Program-made: the position numbers and the translations under genes | Notes under the pieces: generated by a model | Database searches by the model: none | The model's input: only the letters and a program-made list of their open reading frames with translations | Told to the model about the DNA's origin: nothing | Shown here: positions 59,106 to 64,000 of the stretch, one piece after another | How the letters are laid out: each line of letters starts with the position of its first letter | Position numbering within the stretch: position 1 is the first letter of the stretch | Source of the DNA: an uncultured delta proteobacterium | GTDB taxonomy: Bacteria; Myxococcota_A; Polyangia; Polyangiales; Polyangiaceae | Direction: 5' to 3' | DNA length: 64,000 nucleotides | Assembly (NCBI GenBank): GCA_963841435.1 | Contig: CAWJCS010000005.1 | Span: forward strand, 736,001-800,000

Positions 59106-60660
59106 CTACTCACAAGCTCCCGAGCCCAGCGATCCAATCAACTCGTTCCCGCTCGCCACGCCCGAGTCCACGAGGCACATGCCGGCGGGGACAGTGACGT
59201 TCGCCGACGGCGTGCTCGCGCTCGTGACGTTCAGCGTTCCGGAGACGACCGCGATCTGACCGTTGCTGGTGTCGATGCTCGGATCCGTTCCGTCGAACCA
59301 GATCTTCAGATTCTCGTCGAGGACCGACGGCGAAAGGTCGGGGATTTGGCTCAAGAGCGGCGCGAAATGCAAAAGGAGTGAAAGATCGAAGGTCGGCGAG
59401 AAGGTGAGCAGGCTGCCATCTCCCGTCGGGGACTTCTGGTAGGAGAGGTCGAAGTGCCTGCCGTCGCTCGGGTTCAGATCGAGCGAGGCGAGCGTCGTCC
59501 CGTCGAGCTTCAGCGAGGAGGTCTGGTCGCCGATGCCGAGGTGCTCGAGCGTCAGATGGTCCGTGGAGCCGTCGAACGTGAGCGCTCCCTCGAGACCTGC
59601 CACGAGGAGCTCGAGCGCGCCCGTGTAGGTGGTTCGCGGGATGGGCTCACCGGTCAGGTCGTCGTACTGCTCGGGATCGAACGTGTCGCGGAATGCGTTC
59701 AGGGGGCCCGAAACGGTGAGGGCGCCGAAGTCGATGGCGCCCGTCACCTGCTTCGCGTTGCCGTCGAGGCGAAGCTCCATGGTCGGCGTGCTCTTGCCGA
59801 GACCGACCATCATCCGCTCGCCGAGGTCGTTTTCGAGCGTCACGCCGAGGTCCTTCTGGACGTTCACGAGGAAGCTGTAGTCGCGAGCGGCGTTCTTGTG
59901 GAGCTCGAGACCGAATTGCCCCGTCATCGAGAATCAGGCTGCCCGTGTCCTCACCGGCGGCGACGAGGGTCGCCTGTAGCTCGCCGAGGTCGAGAACGAT
60001 GCCCACGTGGTCGCGGTGGAGCTCGAGTGTCGCTGGGTTGTGCTTGTCCGAGGTGAGCAGCAGCGCAGCATCGACATTGCCCGCACTCGGCGAGGTGAAG
60101 CGCACGCGGACCTGGAGTCGATTCGCCTCGTCGATGCAGGCGGAGTCGTAGGTCGGCGTCGTCGGAGGGGGCTCTCCGGGCGCCGACGTGTCAATCTCCG
60201 AGCAGAGCGTCTGGTAGCCCAAGAGGTAGGTCGCCGACGAGCGATCGGACGCTTCGAGGTTCGCGGGGGTGAAGATGTCCTCGCGCAGGCTCGTCACGAG
60301 GTCATCGATGCCCTGCCGCAGGTCGTCGCGCTGGCCTTGCAAGTCCGTCACGGTGACGGTGTTCGTGGTGCACACGGGGTCGGGGCAGGTCGTGGCGCCG
60401 ACCGGGCAGGGCTGCGCTTCACAGGTTTCGGAGCTGTCGAGTGCGCCGAGCGCGCTGGCGAACGACTCGGAATCCGCCATGAACGAGCCCGAAGCGTGCG
60501 TACCGACGAGCGCGCTCTCGAGGTTGTCGATGGCCGTCTTGGCCAGATCGGCGCTCGCCACGCCTGCGCTGTCGTCGTCACCGCTCGAAGAACCGGCGCA
60601 GGCCGTGAGCGACCACGCGCCAGCAGCCACCACCAACGTCATCACCCTGAACCGCGTCAT
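59106..60660 (-). CDS. Large acidic lipoprotein, hypothetical; +1 frameshift near 59932
   Basis: SLTAC lipobox in ORF 59647..60792 continues in ORF 59106..59927. Removing one base gives 518 codons. Confidence 0.7.
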
Positions 60661-60888
60661 GATGTGCTCCTCTTCCCACCGAGCTTCGGGGATGGGCTTG
60701 TGCAAAAGCACTCGATCATAGCCCAGGTCGAGCGCCGTGTACCCACGACGAGAGGCGAGCAACAAGCGTGCCCGAGTCGGGGCTATCGTCATCGACGAGC
60801 AAGCGTGGCATTCGTCGCTAGAGAAGCGTCGATGCGTGACGCCAGGGCGTCAGGGGGTGTGACTTCGGTGCCTCGGTACGAGAAAAAC

Positions 60889-61242
60889 CTACCTCGGTGC
60901 CGGCGCCACGACGTTCACGGGCGCCGCCCGATTGTTCACGCGCTCGGCATTGCCCGAGAGCGGGGAGAGCAACGCGTAGATCACGCCGAGCGCGAGCAAC
61001 ATCATGAGCAACGTCACGAGATACGTGTTGATGGGCGGGTGCTTCGCCGTGCTCCAGCCGTCCGCGTAGAACTTGCCGTCGCTGCGCTCGCGCACCTTTT
61101 TCTGGAATCCCGCGAGCACGTCGGGGGGCTCGTCCGAGACGCGGAGCGCGCCACGCACCATGGACCTCAGGCCCTCGTCTTCCTCGATGTCGCTGCTATC
61201 TTCGCGGATTTCTTCGCTCATGGCATCCTCGCCGTCAGCCAA
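60889..61242 (-). CDS. Small single-TM protein, candidate anti-sigma factor
   Basis: Overlaps the ECF stop, acidic N-terminus, KVRERSDGKFYADGW, one TM. Alt ATG 61221. Confidence 0.6.
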   Translation of the reverse strand: MADGEDAMSEEIREDSSDIEEDEGLRSMVRGALRVSDEPPDVLAGFQKKVRERSDGKFYADGWSTAKHPPINTYLVTLLMMLLALGVIYALLSPLSGNAERVNNRAAPVNVVAPAPR

Positions 61243-61843
61243 TCTTGTCGCCGAGCCGTCGTTCCACGGCCTGCCGCAGCATGCTGCGCGCCCGGTGGAG
61301 GCGACTCTTCACGGTTCCGTCGGGCAAGCCAGTCACCTCGCAAAGCTCCTCGTACGTGAGGTCTTCGACATCACGTAGCACGAGGACCTCGCGAAAGTCG
61401 GGATCCAGCGCCGCAATGCAATCCTTGACGACGCGCTCGACCTCGAGCCCCTCGAGCACGTGATCGGGACGCGAGCTCTCGCCGAGCGTCACGCCCTTGC
61501 CCTCGTTGAGCGGCGCGCGTTCGGCCGCCGGCTCGAGCTCGTCTTCCTCGCCGGTGTGCCGGCGCGACAGATACTTGATGCGGTTTTTGCAGAGGTTCAC
61601 GGCGACGCGGTAGATCCAGGTGCCGAGCTTCGATTCACCGCGAAACTGACCGATCGCCTTGAAGACTTGGACGAAGACCTCTTGCGCCATGTCCTCGGCC
61701 TCGTCGCGCCGCCCCAGCATGCGAAACAACAGCCGGAACACGCGTTGCTCGTACGCCTGCACGAGCTCGTTGAACGCCCGCTCGTCGCGTGCAATCAAAC
61801 GCTCGATGAAGCGCGCTTCGTCCGTCTCGTCGAGCTCAGCCAC
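61235..61843 (-). CDS. ECF RNA polymerase sigma factor
   Basis: AEDMAQEVF, TWIYRVAVN, LTYEEL..GTVKSRLHRAR. GTG 61843. Confidence 0.93.
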   Translation of the reverse strand: MAELDETDEARFIERLIARDERAFNELVQAYEQRVFRLLFRMLGRRDEAEDMAQEVFVQVFKAIGQFRGESKLGTWIYRVAVNLCKNRIKYLSRRHTGEEDELEPAAERAPLNEGKGVTLGESSRPDHVLEGLEVERVVKDCIAALDPDFREVLVLRDVEDLTYEELCEVTGLPDGTVKSRLHRARSMLRQAVERRLGDKIG

Positions 61844-62119
61844 GTCCCAGCCTAAAGAAGAGTAGGGGCTACGGTAGACCGCGCCGCGCGGGACGTCCTC
61901 CGCCTCGCACGGCGGCGCACGGGCGCCCGCGCCCTCGGAGCCGGAAAGGAGCCGGAACGGCATCTTCCGAAGCGACAGCACCAAGGCGCCCGGTGTTCCG
62001 GATCGAGTCGAGCCGACCCCGCACCTACATCGGCCACCCGCGAGCCACGGCGGCCGCCGGCACGGCGCGGCCCCAAAGCGGCCCCAAGCCCGCCCCCGAA
62101 CGGAAGACGCCCACGGTCG

Positions 62120-62412
62120 CTACGGCGCGAGGTCCGCGGGCGGCGGCGGGGGCACGAGGCCGTCGAGCCAGTGCGTGGCGCTGTTCTCCCGCGACCCCAT
62201 CGACTTGGTGACGGTGCGAATGATCGTGTCTGAACGTTCGATGGGACCGCGCGCTCGTGCACGTTGACCCAATGGCACACGAACTCACCCTGGTCGCAGA
62301 ACGCGAGGCGGACTCCGGCCCGCGTCAGCACGGCGAGCGCGTTCTCGGCGAGCGCGGCGTCGAAGCCGTGCTGGATCAGAGCGTCACGAGCACGGTTCGT
62401 CGCGTCGGTCAT
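62120..62412 (-). CDS. Small hypothetical protein; -1 frameshift near 62244
   Basis: MTDATNRARDAL...HERAV; adding one C in the CCC run gives PIERSDTIIRTVTKSMGSRENSATHWLDGLVPPPPPADLAP* (98 codons, GC3-rich). Confidence 0.6.
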
Positions 62413-62478
62413 CGAGCAACCGTGCCACGAGATGGCCCGCGCCGCCGGAGCATCTGCGCGAGGGCGCTCGAAACCGAG

Positions 62479-63276
62479 CTAGCTGCGGCCACGCAGCAGC
62501 TGCCCGAACCAGCCAACCGTTCCGCGGGGATACGTCAAGAGCCGTCCGGACAGCCAGAACGTGCCCGACAGGAAACCGCCGATCACCGGGCGTTCGTCGA
62601 GCAGCGTGGGATCGAGCACCACGTCGTATCGACCGCCGAGGGTATCGACGAGAACCCACCAGAACTCCGTACCGGAAAGCCCGTTCGTCCGGGTCTCGCT
62701 TTCGACGACCTGTCCCGCGAAGATCGCCTGAGAGACCGGCGGATCGTCCTTCTCACCTGCAAACATCCCCGAGGGGATGAAGGAGCGGGCAGCGAGCCTG
62801 AGACCGTCCTCCTCTTGCGAGGCGTCGAAAGCGTCCTCGGAATCGAAGAAGCTCGCTTCGTGCGCGAAGGCGGCGACCTGCGCCTCGGCAATACCCGGGA
62901 TCTCGAGGTCCGGATAAGCCGCCGCGTCGGGCACGTCGAACACGAACGGATACTCGCCTTCCTCGGGCGAGTCCGTACCCGGCGACGCCCAGGCATGAAG
63001 CGCACCGTCCAGCGTGGTTTCGCCAGGACGCCCGACGCGAGCGACGACACCGACGCGCACTCGCGACTTGCCCTCGAAGTGGGGGTTCATCCCGATGAGC
63101 TCGCGACGCGCGTTGAGCTGAAGCCACAGCTGTTCCCCACCGCCGCCACTCCAACGGAGATACCTTCCGCCCTTCACCGGCACCTCGACGGCCCTCCGGG
63201 AAAGCTCCGCGGCGAGGCGGGCGAAGTCCTCCTCCTTCTCGATACGAAACCCAATCGACGAAAGGTGACTTGCCAT
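62479..63276 (-). CDS. Conserved hypothetical protein (possibly DUF3881-like)
   Basis: SHLSSIGF N-terminus and GTFWLSGRL C-terminus, good codon usage. ATG 63276. Confidence 0.65.
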   Translation of the reverse strand: MASHLSSIGFRIEKEEDFARLAAELSRRAVEVPVKGGRYLRWSGGGGEQLWLQLNARRELIGMNPHFEGKSRVRVGVVARVGRPGETTLDGALHAWASPGTDSPEEGEYPFVFDVPDAAAYPDLEIPGIAEAQVAAFAHEASFFDSEDAFDASQEEDGLRLAARSFIPSGMFAGEKDDPPVSQAIFAGQVVESETRTNGLSGTEFWWVLVDTLGGRYDVVLDPTLLDERPVIGGFLSGTFWLSGRLLTYPRGTVGWFGQLLRGRS

Positions 63277-63467
63277 GGCCCCGTCGTACGAAGGTATCAG
63301 GTCTGCCGTGCACGCCGACGAGCGCGCAAAGAGCACCCCGTGCATGCGACGTAAGCTCCCGTATTGAATGTAGAATTCAAGTGCGCGCGTTCTCGGGCGA
63401 AGCCGCCCACCCGCGGGGGAACACGCACGTTTGCCGTCCCCGCTGATGCGCGCTCTTATCGTCGCGC

Positions 63468-64000
63468 TTGGCGCTGAGCACGCACGAAGACACCGAGGCC
63501 GTCGAGTTCCTGCGTCGGCGCGTCGCCAATTTTGGGCTCTTCACCGGTGCATTCGTCTCGGCGTTCTGGGTGTTCCGGCTGCTGACGGGCGAAGGGTCTG
63601 CTTCGCCCGAAATGCTCACGCACCTTGCCTCGGGGCTGCTCTTGCTCCTCGCGTGGCCAGTGCTCGCCTTCGCCGCGCCCAACCGCCGTTTCATCCGCGC
63701 CGTCGAGGCCGTCACGCTGTGCGGCAGCTCGGCGCTGCTCATCGGCATGGCGATGAGACTTCCGCACATCGTGACCCGACCCGAGCTCATCGTGCTCCTG
63801 GCGCTCACCTTCGTGTCGTGCTCGCGAGCCGTGTACGTGCCGAGCTCCGGCCAACGCACGGCGCTGCTCTGCCTGCTCATCGGGGTCGCGCTGTTCGCCG
63901 GAGTCTACGAAACCTACGCTGATATCGACCTTCGGCCGATCATTCCGTTCGTTCCCGAGCTCGCCCACGCGACCTCGCACGAGCTTGCGGTGGGCATCAC
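63468..64000 (+). CDS. Multi-TM protein, partial; possibly the sensor region of a membrane Ser/Thr kinase
   Basis: Not in ORF track. TTG 63468 MALSTHEDTEAVEFLRRRVANFG...SRAVYVPSSGQRT, open to the window end. No kinase domain visible, so the kinase call is inference. Confidence 0.6.
   Translation, partial: MALSTHEDTEAVEFLRRRVANFGLFTGAFVSAFWVFRLLTGEGSASPEMLTHLASGLLLLLAWPVLAFAAPNRRFIRAVEAVTLCGSSALLIGMAMRLPHIVTRPELIVLLALTFVSCSRAVYVPSSGQRTALLCLLIGVALFAGVYETYADIDLRPIIPFVPELAHATSHELAVGI

Noticed and set aside
4092..62245. Programmed ribosomal frameshifting at the six breaks
   Set aside because: No slippery heptamers or long homopolymers, and the genes are unrelated. Sequencing error is more parsimonious.
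1..64000. Mobile elements, prophage, defence systems, rRNA/tRNA
   Set aside because: No transposase, integrase, phage, nuclease or structural RNA signatures were recognised by eye, and composition looks uniform. A covariance-model scan would be needed to exclude small RNAs.

Overview
High-GC chromosomal window from a myxobacterium, most likely Polyangiaceae (inferred from MYXO-CTERM, RomR, SgmX, AgmX/PglI-C, Pph1 and STAS/SEC14-type genes). It has about 48 densely packed CDS. Housekeeping: ilvA-type threonine dehydratase, YgiQ radical SAM, skp, hrcA, valS, cobA/hemD, mutM, rpiA. Motility/signalling: sgmX, romR, a GltG-like TonB-C protein, FHA-GGDEF, a double cNMP protein, PP2C phosphatases, an ECF sigma. 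Envelope/transport: MBOAT+SGNH, GT-C glycosyltransferase, heterodimeric ABC, Omp85, RND. Glycosidases: GH27, GH2 and an unassigned lipoprotein GH. I saw no rRNA, tRNA, CRISPR array, transposase or phage gene. Two edge genes missing from the ORF track were translated by hand: a c-type cytochrome lipoprotein (<1-1002) and a multi-TM protein (63468->64000). Main observations: (1) a translationally coupled surface operon of Cys-rich lipoproteins, a MYXO-CTERM protein and a cytochrome with non-canonical CX4CH/CX3CH motifs; (2) a repeated GTCGAC->GTCAAC/GTTGAC signature that turns conserved Asp into Asn in unrelated genes, plus six single-base frameshifts, suggesting methylation-linked long-read errors or methyl-C hypermutation; (3) two deletion junctions that fuse halves of different genes. 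Family assignments come from remembered motifs, not database searches.
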